Shown: positions 18,333 through 27,843 of the stretch, one piece after another | Layout of the letters: the number at the start of each line of letters is the position of its first letter | How positions within the stretch are numbered: the first letter of the stretch is position 1 | Source of the DNA: a virus | Lineage: Duplodnaviria > Heunggongvirae > Uroviricota > Caudoviricetes | IMG/VR virus record: IMGVR_UViG_2851966386_000003 | Span: 1-49,389 of that record | Reading direction: 5' to 3' (one strand) | DNA length: 49,389 nucleotides | Program-made: the position numbers and the translations under genes | The notes under the pieces: model-generated | What the model saw: only the letters and a program-made list of their open reading frames with translations | Databases searched by the model: none | What the model was told of the DNA's origin: nothing

Positions 18333-18868
18333 CAGCAGACCAGATTATTGAAGGCATCCTGGGAAAAGAAGGTGGGTATGTCGATCACCCTTCTGACAAA
18401 GGCGGACCAACCCGCTGGGGCATCACGCAGACCACAGCTCGAGCACATGGTTACACCGGTGATATGAGAAACCTGCCCAGGGAAACAGCAAAGCAAATTC
18501 TGCTCAGCGATTACTGGACCGGCCCCCGATTCGATCAGGTGGCAAGTTTATCTACGTTACTGGCAGATGAGCTTTGCGACACTGGTGTGAACATGGGGCC
18601 AAATATTGCCAGTAAGTTTTTCCAGCGCTGGCTCACTGCCCTTAACATGCGCGGGAAGTTGTATCCCGATCTGATCCCGGATGGAGCCATTGGCCCCCGA
18701 ACCATCACCGCGCTTAAGGGATATCTTTCTGCCCGCGGGAAAGAGGGGGAACAGGTTCTGTTGCGTGCGCTGAACTGCAGCCAGGGTGCCAGATACCTCG
18801 AACTGGCGGAGGGCCGCGAAGCCAACGAGGATTTTCTCTACGGCTGGGTTAAGGAGCGTGTCCTGTGA
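18329..18868 (+). CDS. Endolysin, GH108 N-acetylmuramidase with peptidoglycan-binding domain
   Basis: N-terminal GH108 signature (EGGYVDHPSDKGGPTRWGIT). Confidence 0.85.
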   Translation: MTADQIIEGILGKEGGYVDHPSDKGGPTRWGITQTTARAHGYTGDMRNLPRETAKQILLSDYWTGPRFDQVASLSTLLADELCDTGVNMGPNIASKFFQRWLTALNMRGKLYPDLIPDGAIGPRTITALKGYLSARGKEGEQVLLRALNCSQGARYLELAEGREANEDFLYGWVKERVL

Positions 18869-19212
18869 AGATGATCATTTTCGCTTTGCTCGTGCTGGTG
18901 GCTGTGCTCGTTCTGTTACTGCTGCGCAAATATACCCGGCTGGAGTTCGTTGCCCATGCCAGCCTGCTGCTGAAAACGTGGTCTGTAAAGCTGGGGGCTA
19001 TCGGTGCGCTGGTTGGCATGTGGGTGCAGTCGTTCCCGGATGCTGCGCTGCACGCCTGGGCGATGCTGCCGCCGGACATTAAAAACATTTTGCCTTCAAA
19101 CATCGTGGCACTGATTAGCCCTGCGCTGGTGGTGCTGGCGGTGCTTTCGCAATACGTACGCCAGCCAGCATTGAAAGCTAAGGCCGACAAACTGAAGGAG
19201 CCGCAGCAATGA
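18865..19212 (+). CDS. Lysis-associated membrane protein (possible antiholin/LysA-like)
   Basis: 115-aa product with two hydrophobic helices; lies between endolysin and spanins. Confidence 0.45.
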   Translation: MKMIIFALLVLVAVLVLLLLRKYTRLEFVAHASLLLKTWSVKLGAIGALVGMWVQSFPDAALHAWAMLPPDIKNILPSNIVALISPALVVLAVLSQYVRQPALKAKADKLKEPQQ

Positions 19213-19484
19213 GCTTAGAAATTATTGCTGGTCTGGTGGTCGTCATCCTGGGCGCTATCGCTGGCGCGTTCGGCATAGGTCATGCTCGCGGGACCAGTAA
19301 GGCGGAAGCCAAAGCCGAGCAGCAGCGTACCGAAGAGAACGCCACCGCTACCATCGCTGCGGCAGAACGTAAGGCGGAAGTTGTGAAAGGGGCCAGTGAT
19401 GTACAGGAAGACGTTAAGCGTATGGGCGATGACGATGTTGATCGCGAGCTGCGCGAAAAGTTTACCCGCCCCGGTAGTCGTTGA
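19209..19484 (+). CDS. i-spanin (Rz-like)
   Basis: N-terminal TM helix then charged, coiled-coil-like region; contains overlapping out-of-frame lipoprotein ORF. Confidence 0.55.
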   Translation: MSLEIIAGLVVVILGAIAGAFGIGHARGTSKAEAKAEQQRTEENATATIAAAERKAEVVKGASDVQEDVKRMGDDDVDRELREKFTRPGSR

Positions 19485-19620
19485 TATGGCCTGCGGCTGG
19501 GTGAGGGTCATCTACCTGACCGACCACGATATAGACGCGCTGGATATGCAGACCAAGCGTGACATCCTGGCGCACAACAAAGCAGTGCAGGCCAACTGTC
19601 CGAGCATTACCCTTAAATAA
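19396..19620 (+). CDS. o-spanin (Rz1-like lipoprotein)
   Basis: Out-of-frame ORF overlapping 3' end of i-spanin; lipobox LIASC after short signal peptide. Confidence 0.55.
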   Translation: MMYRKTLSVWAMTMLIASCAKSLPAPVVVDMACGWVRVIYLTDHDIDALDMQTKRDILAHNKAVQANCPSITLK

Positions 19621-19824
19621 GGGGAAATGCTCCAGTAAAACAGCGCGAATGCCAAACGTGCAGCGGTTATTAGCGGCGATGATGTGACAGGAACTCAAGG
19701 GCACGGGCGCAGAGCACTGCGAGAGTGTGGTTGTGTAATCAGGTCATGGATCTTGTGTATAGACGTTCTCTGCGACACCAGGGTGACTTAGGCCTTCTTA
19801 CTGGAAGGCGGTAGTTAGAAAGCA

Positions 19825-19853
19825 GGGGTAGTGCCGGTTGACTACCCCTTTTG
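19825..19853 (+). terminator. Rho-independent terminator after lysis cassette
   Basis: ggggtag tgccggttga ctacccc followed by ttttgtg. Confidence 0.65.
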
Positions 19854-19871
19854 TGCAGAATTGGGTAAAAG

Positions 19872-19991
19872 TTAATACCTTTTTTTAAAAGTATTTTTAT
19901 ATTTCTTCGTTTCTCGCAAGTATGAAACCAGTGAACCCACTGCAACTAAAAGAAGAACTACAGCTAACGCTATCATCAGTATGGTTGTCAT
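19872..19991 (-). CDS. Small hydrophobic protein (39 aa), below ORF-track cutoff; type I toxin-like architecture
   Basis: Manual minus-strand translation MTTILMIALAVVLLLVAVGSLVSYLRETKKYKNTFKKRY; AGGAGGG SD 9 nt upstream; one TM helix plus basic tail. Confidence 0.4.
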   Translation of the reverse strand: MTTILMIALAVVLLLVAVGSLVSYLRETKKYKNTFKKRY

Positions 19992-20244
19992 GTGAGTTAA
20001 CCCTCCTAGGGACCATGGATATTATGGTTCGCATGAGGGGTAGTGTGGGATTTAAGTGAGAAAATTCCTAACTGGAATTTTTTCTTAATTTGAAACCTGA
20101 TATGAAACTTTATTGTTGGTTTTGTAATGATTCAATATGAAATGATTAATTATTGTCTGCCAGGATATACAGTTTTCCGAAAGAGGTGTTTTTACTGGTT
20201 ACATCGGATTGACTATGCACTTATCGCATAGCTAATGTAGATGC

Positions 20245-20351
20245 GTGGTGAATCCCCCTGTGCGGTGGGGCGACCAGCCAGGTTTTCTCTTTGAGCACAC
20301 ACGCAGGTCTGTTGGCTGGGGCAGACTTACCGGGAGGCACCCGGCACCACA
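20245..20351 (+). repeat. Copy 2 of ~108-nt structured repeat element
   Basis: gtggtgaatccccctgtgcggtggggcgaccagcc...ggctggggca...ccgggaggcacccggcaccaca; possible hairpin terminator at 20371-20397. Confidence 0.6.
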
Positions 20352-20544
20352 ACATACTGCATAACCCCATAAAGGCCTTCCATTACGGTAGGCCTTTTCT
20401 CTTCTGGTTGTATCTAATACTGTGGGCAGGTCAGCTGGCTTATGCAGGACAGATTATTTTTTCTTATTGAATGCCGCTTCTGGTGTGCTTATATTCTACC
20501 TAAAAATGGGTAGGTGTGTTGTGATTAGAAAATGCTATGCAAGA

Positions 20545-20904
20545 ATGTCTGACCCAGCATCAAATGACAAGCTGACACTGGAAATGCTTGTAACTGACGG
20601 TGGGCGTAAGATTTTTATCTGGGATTTTGATAAAGGGGTGGCAATTTTCTCTGAGGGTATAACAGGTAAGCAGTCTAAATACATAGTGCAAGGTGAAAAG
20701 CATGCAGGGCATATCAATCTTATCAGAGATAATACGATTGAGCGCACTATTTATGGGGTTAAGGAGCTCACCTGTGGAAATGGTGATTCCGGTAAATCCT
20801 CTCCTGTGTTTTGCTCATTGTGCGAGGGGCAGATACTCATAATCGAATGCCAAAAGGCTTTTATAAGAAAACCATTAAGGCTTGATGAACTCACCTTTGA
20901 ATAG
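20545..20904 (+). CDS. Hypothetical protein, AT-rich moron (start uncertain)
   Basis: ORF 20422..20904; weak SD; AT-rich. Confidence 0.3.
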   Translation: MSDPASNDKLTLEMLVTDGGRKIFIWDFDKGVAIFSEGITGKQSKYIVQGEKHAGHINLIRDNTIERTIYGVKELTCGNGDSGKSSPVFCSLCEGQILIIECQKAFIRKPLRLDELTFE

Positions 20905-21500
20905 AACTACTTACGATACATTCCTCATATGTTCGAAGGATATAACATCTCTCAGGTATCCTGCTTCTGGATGCCGGGAATGTGTACCGCTGGTGGGCTG
21001 GATTCTTGGAGCCTTTGCCCAGCAGTTTCAGGTGATAAAAAACCCCGTGGAGTAAATCCGACAAATTGACGGGGCGCTGCAGAGGCAGCCAATGTCGGAG
21101 TTTAGTCAGATTTCGAGGTGTTTTTCTACTGGTTTGAGAAAAAATGGATGGTCTGACACTACAGGAATTGGCTCATCCCTGAGCTCACGGGTAGAACAGT
21201 AGACTTTGTCATGGCAGAGCAAAGTCATAAGTAAGTGTAGAATGTGTTTCTGATTTAACAAGCGTAGCGAGTGTATGCTTCATGGATTGTACGTCTGTAA
21301 CTTTCATAATATTTCTGCCATTTCAAAATTAAGATACTAGGTAAAACCTTAGGGAATTTAGAGGGTAAGAGAAGCTGTGAACAAAAAAATCTCCTCGCGA
21401 AGCAATGTTTTTCACTTTAACGAAATATATTGTTTGCAATGTGGGTTTTTTAGTTCATCATGTATGCTACATTGAGTTCTTATAAAATGAGCTGCTAATT

Positions 21501-21707
21501 ATGACTGAGTGCAAACTTCCACAACTTCCAGAGTATTATCGATATGGTACTGAACAAATTAACAAGTTGCCTGGGAGTGGGGATGTTTTTCCTCCTGCGG
21601 GTAGTATAATAAAGTCAGTAAGTTTAAATGAAGGTGTATTTGTTTGTGTTCCGGTGCAGCGTTATATACACGGGTTGAATATTTGGGTTGTAGTTGAATC
21701 TTCTTGA
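21501..21707 (+). CDS. Hypothetical small protein (weak)
   Basis: 68-aa ORF in AT-rich region; weak SD. Confidence 0.25.
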   Translation: MTECKLPQLPEYYRYGTEQINKLPGSGDVFPPAGSIIKSVSLNEGVFVCVPVQRYIHGLNIWVVVESS

Positions 21708-21829
21708 TAATGATTTTTGTTTGGTAAAAGTGATTTTTCGTTGGTTTGGTGGTTTCTATTTATTATAAATTCGCTGTTGGAATTTAAAATTAGCATCATT
21801 GCAATGCTTTCAAACACCGTAGAAGGATT

Positions 21830-22024
21830 ATGATGCTAGTGCAAAATAATATTTATAATAATTCAGAGTCATATGCTATTCTTTTGTTTAGTATGTGGCC
21901 TGTCCTTATTGTACTTCTTGTCGTGATATCTTGCGCCTTTTACGGTGTATTGATGCATAAAACTGCAATTTGTTGTTTTCTGTCAGCTATGTTCCTTGGT
22001 GTCGCAGGCTGGTTTTATGGATGA
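21830..22024 (+). CDS. Small membrane protein
   Basis: 64-aa ORF with two hydrophobic helices; AAGGA SD. Confidence 0.3.
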   Translation: MMLVQNNIYNNSESYAILLFSMWPVLIVLLVVISCAFYGVLMHKTAICCFLSAMFLGVAGWFYG

Positions 22025-22178
22025 TCACCATTAGCTCTAATATGAGTCACTTTTTAGTATAAAGTCAGGGTGTCATTACTTTACCTGGCTTGTAGCGTTG
22101 GTTCCCTAAAGTTTGACGATAAAAGGCCCTGTTAATACAGGGCCTTTCTGTATGTATTATTTATCAAAGAGGTAAGAC

Positions 22179-22424
22179 ATGTCAGAGATCACCGCATCTG
22201 AGCAAATCCGCCTGGATATTATCAAGAAAGTGAATTACGACACTGCAGCGGCGAAGTTAGCCATTGACTGGGTAGGCGACAGCTATCTGAAGTCTGAGCT
22301 ATTCGCTGACTCTTTCGATCGTGTTTTCACGGAAAGTGAGATTGTCTCGAAGACCCGTAAGGCAATCCAGGAAGCGACCGAAGCGCTGGCGCTGTTTGAT
22401 ACTGCCGCTGAGCAGGTCAGCTAA
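22179..22424 (+). CDS. Hypothetical protein
   Basis: 81-aa ORF with AAGAGG SD ~6 nt upstream. Confidence 0.45.
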   Translation: MSEITASEQIRLDIIKKVNYDTAAAKLAIDWVGDSYLKSELFADSFDRVFTESEIVSKTRKAIQEATEALALFDTAAEQVS

Positions 22425-22749
22425 GGCATTACAGCAGGCGTTCATAGAGTGCCTGTGATAATGACCATCAGACAAATCGTCTGAGCTGACAGTTCAATCA
22501 ATCACCAATTACCAGTTACACGGGGTAACTGACATCATTGTCTGTTTATCCCGGTGAATTTTGAAATACTTACTACTCTCATAACGTCTCTGCCTGCCAA
22601 CACCAGAACGGCAGAGGTCAGTTAGCCGTATAGATGAACCTCTCCCGGGTGGCTCCTGAGAGATTCTTTATACGCTAGCTGGTAGTAACTAAAGGCCGCA
22701 TATTTTTGCGGCCTTTTTCATCATTTGTAAAATGAAAGCCCTCAGGCGA

Positions 22750-22878
22750 TTAACGATGCTCAGGACCATGGAAGTGATCTCCACCATGTCCGCCTCCATG
22801 GGGACCAGGGGGAAGGATACATCCTGAAAGTGACAGCGCACCACAGATCACAAAAACAGCAAGCATAATTCTTTTCAT
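22750..22878 (-). CDS. Small lipoprotein with His/Gly-rich mature region (42 aa), below ORF-track cutoff
   Basis: Manual translation MKRIMLAVFVICGALSLSGCILPPGPHGGGHGGDHFHGPEHR; lipobox LSGC; weak SD. Confidence 0.4.
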   Translation of the reverse strand: MKRIMLAVFVICGALSLSGCILPPGPHGGGHGGDHFHGPEHR

Positions 22879-22982
22879 AATAACTACTGAACTAAAGAGC
22901 CTTAATTCCAAAACATAAAAGTGAATATTTTATGGAGAATCAGTAATTCCTTTTTCTCCCTCACGTTAAAGAGGAATAATCC

Positions 22983-23978
22983 ATGGCAAAACCGGACTGG
23001 GGCGAGCTTCAGCAACGGTTCCTGTCCAATCATGCCGCAACCGGCGTATCACCGAAGGATTGGTGTGAAGCGCAGGGACTGAATTACGCTACTGCCCGCC
23101 GATACATCAAGAAACCCACTGCGCAAAAACCTGCGCAGAAGAAATTGCGCACTGCGCAAAAGGAAAAGTGCGCAGAAGAGCTGGTGGATGATGATGGCCT
23201 CACCGATCAACAACGTTTATTTGTCGCGGAATACCTGAAGGACAACAACGCCACGCAGGCCGCCATTCGAGCCGGGTATAGCAAGAAGACTGCTGAACAA
23301 ATTGGCTATCAGCTGCTTCAGAAAACTTCAGTTGCGCAGGCTATTGCGCAGCAGCAGAAAGCATCCATTGTGCGCACGCTCGGCAGCGCTGATGAAGTGC
23401 TTGAGCAGATGTGGCGCCTGGCCACCTTCGATGCCAACCAGCTATCACAGTATCGCCGCGGGAGTTGTCGTTACTGCTGGGGCTTTGGTCATCAGTATCA
23501 ATGGCGTGACGCTGTTGAGTATGAAGAGAAGCGGCTCGAAGCGCTTGAGCGAAAACGTCGCGAGCCCGTCGATGTTGGCGGCTACGGTTACGACCACACC
23601 AGCGCACCTAACCCGGAATGCCCCCGCTGCAATGGCGATGGCATAGGACAGCCTTTCTTCGCCGATACGCGCAAGCTGGCGCCTGATGCTGCGCTTGCCT
23701 ATTCCGGCGTGAAGCTCGGAAAGAACGGTGTGGAGATAACCGCCATCAGCCGTGAGCGCATGTACGAGGCGGTGATGAAACGTCTCGGCCTGGCTGATAG
23801 TGAGTTCGCCCAGCGACTGCAGCAGATAGAAATTGAGCGCCGGCAGCTGGAGATCGACAAACTTCGCAAAGAACTGGCCACTGACCCGGAGGATGACGAA
23901 CCAACGCCAGTTGCAATCAATATCAACGTAGTCGATGCGCGAGTGAGGGAAGAGGATGGCGATAGCTCCGACGCTTAA
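22983..23978 (+). CDS. Terminase small subunit with Cys-rich C-terminal extension
   Basis: Terminase-small signature (LTDQQRLFVAEYLKDNNATQAAIRAGYS) followed by CxxC motifs; upstream of terminase large subunit. Confidence 0.75.
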   Translation: MAKPDWGELQQRFLSNHAATGVSPKDWCEAQGLNYATARRYIKKPTAQKPAQKKLRTAQKEKCAEELVDDDGLTDQQRLFVAEYLKDNNATQAAIRAGYSKKTAEQIGYQLLQKTSVAQAIAQQQKASIVRTLGSADEVLEQMWRLATFDANQLSQYRRGSCRYCWGFGHQYQWRDAVEYEEKRLEALERKRREPVDVGGYGYDHTSAPNPECPRCNGDGIGQPFFADTRKLAPDAALAYSGVKLGKNGVEITAISRERMYEAVMKRLGLADSEFAQRLQQIEIERRQLEIDKLRKELATDPEDDEPTPVAININVVDARVREEDGDSSDA

Positions 23979-25263
23979 CGTTCCCCAGGCTCGTTTTCTG
24001 GCTATGCAGCAGAAGTTCAAAGCCTATGTAGCTGGTTTTGGATCCGGTAAGACATGGGTTGGCTGCGGTGGAATATGCAAAGGGTTCTGGGAGTTCCCCA
24101 AAATAAACCAGGGCTACTTTGCCCCGACCTATCCTCAGATCCGCGATATTTTCTACCCCACGGTGGACGAAGTTGCTCACGACTGGGGACTGAAAGTCAA
24201 AATCGTCGAGAGCAACAAAGAGGTCCATTTCTATAGCGGCCGCCAGTACCGCGGCACGACAATTTGTCGGTCGATGGAAAAGCCAGACACGATAGTCGGC
24301 TTTAAAATCGGCAATGCGCTGGTGGATGAACTCGACGTTCTGAAAGCGGATAAGGCGCGTCAGGCGTGGCGAAAAATAATCGCGCGTATGCGTTATAAGG
24401 TTGATGGTCTGCGTAATGGCATTGACGTGACTACCACACCTGAAGGATTTAAGTTCGTCTATAACCAGTTTGTTAAGGCTGTGAGGGAAAAGCCTGAACT
24501 GAGGTCGATGTATGGTCTGGTTCAGGCTTCGACATTCGACAACGAAAAGAACCTACCGGATGACTATATTCCTTCGCTCCTGGCGAGTTACCCGCCGGAA
24601 TTGATCAAGGCATATCTGAACGGCCAGTTTACTAACCTGACCAGCGGCACCATTTATCATCAGTTCGACAGAGTGCTGAATAATTCCAGTGAGGAAGAGC
24701 AGCCAGGTGAAGCGCTGTATATCGGGATGGATTTCAACGTCGGGAAGATGGCCGGGATCGTCCATGTATTGCGGCTCGGCTTACCACACGCGGTAACAGA
24801 GATTATCAACGCTTACGATACGCCCGACATGATACGCATCATCAAGGAACGTTTCTGGCTGTATGCCGACGGTGACTACCGCAAGGTCCGCGAGATTTAT
24901 ATTTACCCGGATGCCTCTGGTGATTCCAGGAAGTCAAACAACGCCAGCAAAACAGATATTGAGCAGCTCCGGCAGGCCGGATTTAACGTCATCGTTGATG
25001 ATGCTAACCCGCCGGTAAAGGACCGCATTAACTCCATGAACGCCATGTTCTGCAATGGTAATGGCGATCGCCGGTACAAGGTGAATGTGGCCCGTTGCCC
25101 GGTCTATGCCGACTGCCTGGAACAACAGGTGTGGGATAAAAACGGCGAGCCGGATAAAAAGAGCGATAACGATCACCCCAACGATGGCGCCGGTTACTTC
25201 ATTGTGAAGCAATTCCCAATCGTTCGACCTGCATTCTCTATTTCACTGGACACGACATTCTGA
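23956..25263 (+). CDS. Terminase large subunit
   Basis: Walker A-like GFGSGKTW near N-terminus; position. Confidence 0.85.
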   Translation: MAIAPTLNVPQARFLAMQQKFKAYVAGFGSGKTWVGCGGICKGFWEFPKINQGYFAPTYPQIRDIFYPTVDEVAHDWGLKVKIVESNKEVHFYSGRQYRGTTICRSMEKPDTIVGFKIGNALVDELDVLKADKARQAWRKIIARMRYKVDGLRNGIDVTTTPEGFKFVYNQFVKAVREKPELRSMYGLVQASTFDNEKNLPDDYIPSLLASYPPELIKAYLNGQFTNLTSGTIYHQFDRVLNNSSEEEQPGEALYIGMDFNVGKMAGIVHVLRLGLPHAVTEIINAYDTPDMIRIIKERFWLYADGDYRKVREIYIYPDASGDSRKSNNASKTDIEQLRQAGFNVIVDDANPPVKDRINSMNAMFCNGNGDRRYKVNVARCPVYADCLEQQVWDKNGEPDKKSDNDHPNDGAGYFIVKQFPIVRPAFSISLDTTF

Positions 25264-26663
25264 TGGCCAATAACGATATTACTTACGTTCGCCCTGAGGT
25301 CAGGGCGGCAATGCCCGTGTGGAAAAAAATTCGTGACGTGTGCAAAGGGGCTGATGCTGTAAAGGCCGCCGGGAATGAATACCTCCCTTTTCTGGATCCG
25401 TCCGATAAGTCTGCACGCAATAAAAAGCGCAATGCTGATTACATTCAGCGCGCCGTTTTCTACGCGATAACGGGCAATACAAAGGTGGGTTTATTGGGGC
25501 TGGCATTCAGAAAAGACCCGACCATGACCGCGCCGGATAAACTGAATTATCTTCGTGATAACGCCGATGGTGCTGGTGCCAGCATTTATCAGCAGTCCCA
25601 GCAGGTGACAGAAAATATTCTGGAGGCCGCGCGCGAGGGGCTTTATACGGATTATGCAGCTGAGACCGACGAGGCGATCATCCTTCGTTATCAGGCGGAA
25701 AGCATCATTAACTGGCGCACCAAACGCATCAATGGACGTGATCAACTGGTGCTGGTGGTTTTACGCGAATGGATGGAAAAGGAAGATGGTTTTGCGTACG
25801 AGGATGAAATCCAGTATCGCGAACTGGCCCTGGAGGGCGGCAAGTTTATCTGCAGGGTGTGGCGAAAGTCGGCCGAAGCAGGGTCTTTTTCCGTCGATTC
25901 TGAGTATCATCCTAAGCCAAAAGGTGAGGATTTCTGGGATGAGATCCCCTTTACCTTCGTTGGCGCACAAAATAACGATCCCAGCATCGACGAGTCGCCT
26001 TTAGCCGCCCTTGTTGAAATTAACCTTGGCCATTATCGTAATTCGGCAGATTACGAAGACAGCGTATTTTTCTGCGGTCAGGTGCAGCCGGTGATTTCCG
26101 GACTTGATACTGCATGGCGTGACTGGCTGCAGGATAAGGGAATTCGTGTCGGTTCTCGTTCTCCTTTCCTGCTGCCGAAGGAGGGGAGTTTTACGTATGC
26201 TCAGGCGCAACCAAACACCCTGGCTAAAGAGGCGATGGACAGTAAGCGTGATTATTCTGTTCAGCTTGGCGCCCGGCTTATCGAGCAGAACGGCGCGGTT
26301 AAAACCGCCACGCAATCCAGCGGCGAGCAAACCGCATCAACATCGGTGCTCGGCATTTGCGTTTCCAATGTCTCGGAGGCCTATACGCTGGCGCTCGGCT
26401 GGTGCGCCAGATATCTCGGCATAAAAGGCGAGGAATACCGTTACAGCATCAATCAGGAGTTTATCGCCAAAGTCGCTGAATCCGGCATGGTAACGGCAAT
26501 CGTCAATGCCTGGCAGTCCGGTGCGATCCGCGACACGGATATGGTCAGAGCTCTGCAGAGGCTTGACCTGATAGATCCCGCTGATGACCCTGAAACTGTC
26601 ATTGACGCTATTCGTAACGGCGCGCCTAACCTGATTGGTGGCAATAATGGCAACAGCGAATGA
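25263..26663 (+). CDS. Portal protein (putative)
   Basis: 466-aa ORF directly after terminase large subunit; assigned by position and size. Confidence 0.6.
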   Translation: MANNDITYVRPEVRAAMPVWKKIRDVCKGADAVKAAGNEYLPFLDPSDKSARNKKRNADYIQRAVFYAITGNTKVGLLGLAFRKDPTMTAPDKLNYLRDNADGAGASIYQQSQQVTENILEAAREGLYTDYAAETDEAIILRYQAESIINWRTKRINGRDQLVLVVLREWMEKEDGFAYEDEIQYRELALEGGKFICRVWRKSAEAGSFSVDSEYHPKPKGEDFWDEIPFTFVGAQNNDPSIDESPLAALVEINLGHYRNSADYEDSVFFCGQVQPVISGLDTAWRDWLQDKGIRVGSRSPFLLPKEGSFTYAQAQPNTLAKEAMDSKRDYSVQLGARLIEQNGAVKTATQSSGEQTASTSVLGICVSNVSEAYTLALGWCARYLGIKGEEYRYSINQEFIAKVAESGMVTAIVNAWQSGAIRDTDMVRALQRLDLIDPADDPETVIDAIRNGAPNLIGGNNGNSE

Positions 26664-27759
26664 CAAACTGCAGGATGAATCCGTAGCCCACGCTATATGG
26701 GTGAGTCGCTACAGTACCGGCGTTGCCAACAGGATGATAAAAGTCCTGAATGACAGCGACGCCGAACTTACCGCCAGGCTGCTGGTGGCTATTGATACGC
26801 TGGACGCTGAGAGTTTTACCGTTTCTCGGCTGGAAGCGTTACTGGTAAGCGTCAGGGCGATAAACAAGGATGCGATTCAGTCGATGTATGCAGCTCTTAC
26901 TGCCGAGTTGCAGGAACTGGCGAAGCACGAAGCCACTTTTCAGATGAGCCTCTTCCAGTTTGCTATTCCCGACGATGTTCTTGCTCTTCATCCGCTGGTG
27001 GGCATCTCCCCGGATGCGGTTTATGCCGCGGCGATGGGGCGTCCATTCCAGGGACGTTTGCTGAGTGAATGGGCCAGCAACCTCGAAGCTGATCGGATGG
27101 CGCGGATATCCAATACGGTGCGGCAGGGATTCCTGCTGGGCGATACGCAGGAGCAAATCGCAAAAAAGGTCCGTGGCCATGCTAATCGTGGTTACCAGGA
27201 TGGTGCGCTGCAGATGAGCCGGGCCAATGCGGCCAGCATAGCGAAAACGGCAGTAGGGCATCTTGCATCAACAGCAAGACAAAGCTTTGCGTCGGCGAAC
27301 GACGACATTCTGAAGGGTAAGCAGTGGTTATCCACTTTGGATAACCGGACATCAAAGGATTGTCGGATCCGCGACCGTCTCAAGTACACGCTGGATAATA
27401 AACCGATAGGGCACAAGGTGCCTTATTTGCAGGGGCCTGGGAAAATCCACTTTTGCTGTCGGAGCACTGAAACTTACATCCTGAAATCGTCCGAGGAGTT
27501 GGGTATCAAAGTCGGCGAAATCAAGGATAGCTCGCGCGCCAGCATGGATGGACAGGTTCCGGCTGATACGAATTACCAGGACTGGTTCTCCCGGCAGTCG
27601 TTCACGCGACAAGCTGAGATTGTCGGAGAAACGCGCGCCAGGCTGATTCGTGATGGCGGCATGTCTCCCGATGAGTTCTACAACGACAGGGGCGAGTGGC
27701 TGACGCTGGACCAGTTGCGCTCAAAGGATGAGCAGGCATTCAGAAACGCCAGGCTTTAA
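26647..27759 (+). CDS. Head morphogenesis protein (Mu F / SPP1 gp7-like)
   Basis: Position after portal; ATG 26647 chosen within ORF 26635..27759. Confidence 0.65.
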   Translation: MATANDKLQDESVAHAIWVSRYSTGVANRMIKVLNDSDAELTARLLVAIDTLDAESFTVSRLEALLVSVRAINKDAIQSMYAALTAELQELAKHEATFQMSLFQFAIPDDVLALHPLVGISPDAVYAAAMGRPFQGRLLSEWASNLEADRMARISNTVRQGFLLGDTQEQIAKKVRGHANRGYQDGALQMSRANAASIAKTAVGHLASTARQSFASANDDILKGKQWLSTLDNRTSKDCRIRDRLKYTLDNKPIGHKVPYLQGPGKIHFCCRSTETYILKSSEELGIKVGEIKDSSRASMDGQVPADTNYQDWFSRQSFTRQAEIVGETRARLIRDGGMSPDEFYNDRGEWLTLDQLRSKDEQAFRNARL

Positions 27760-27778
27760 CTAACATATCTTATTCAAT

Positions 27779-27806
27779 CAGGCTGCCTTCGGGCGGCCTT
27801 TTTTAT
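27779..27806 (+). terminator. Rho-independent terminator
   Basis: ggctgcc ttcg ggcggcc followed by ttttttatt. Confidence 0.65.
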
Positions 27807-27843
27807 TGGGCCAGGCCCACAGTAACTATCCCAAGGGGACAAC

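Noticed and set aside
23302-24228. ORFs antisense to or in alternate frames of terminase genes (23302..23646 +, 23341..23607 -, 23445..24020 -, 23923..24228 -)
   Set aside because: Embedded in well-supported terminase frames; Arg/Ser/Ala-rich translations typical of off-frame GC-rich sequence.
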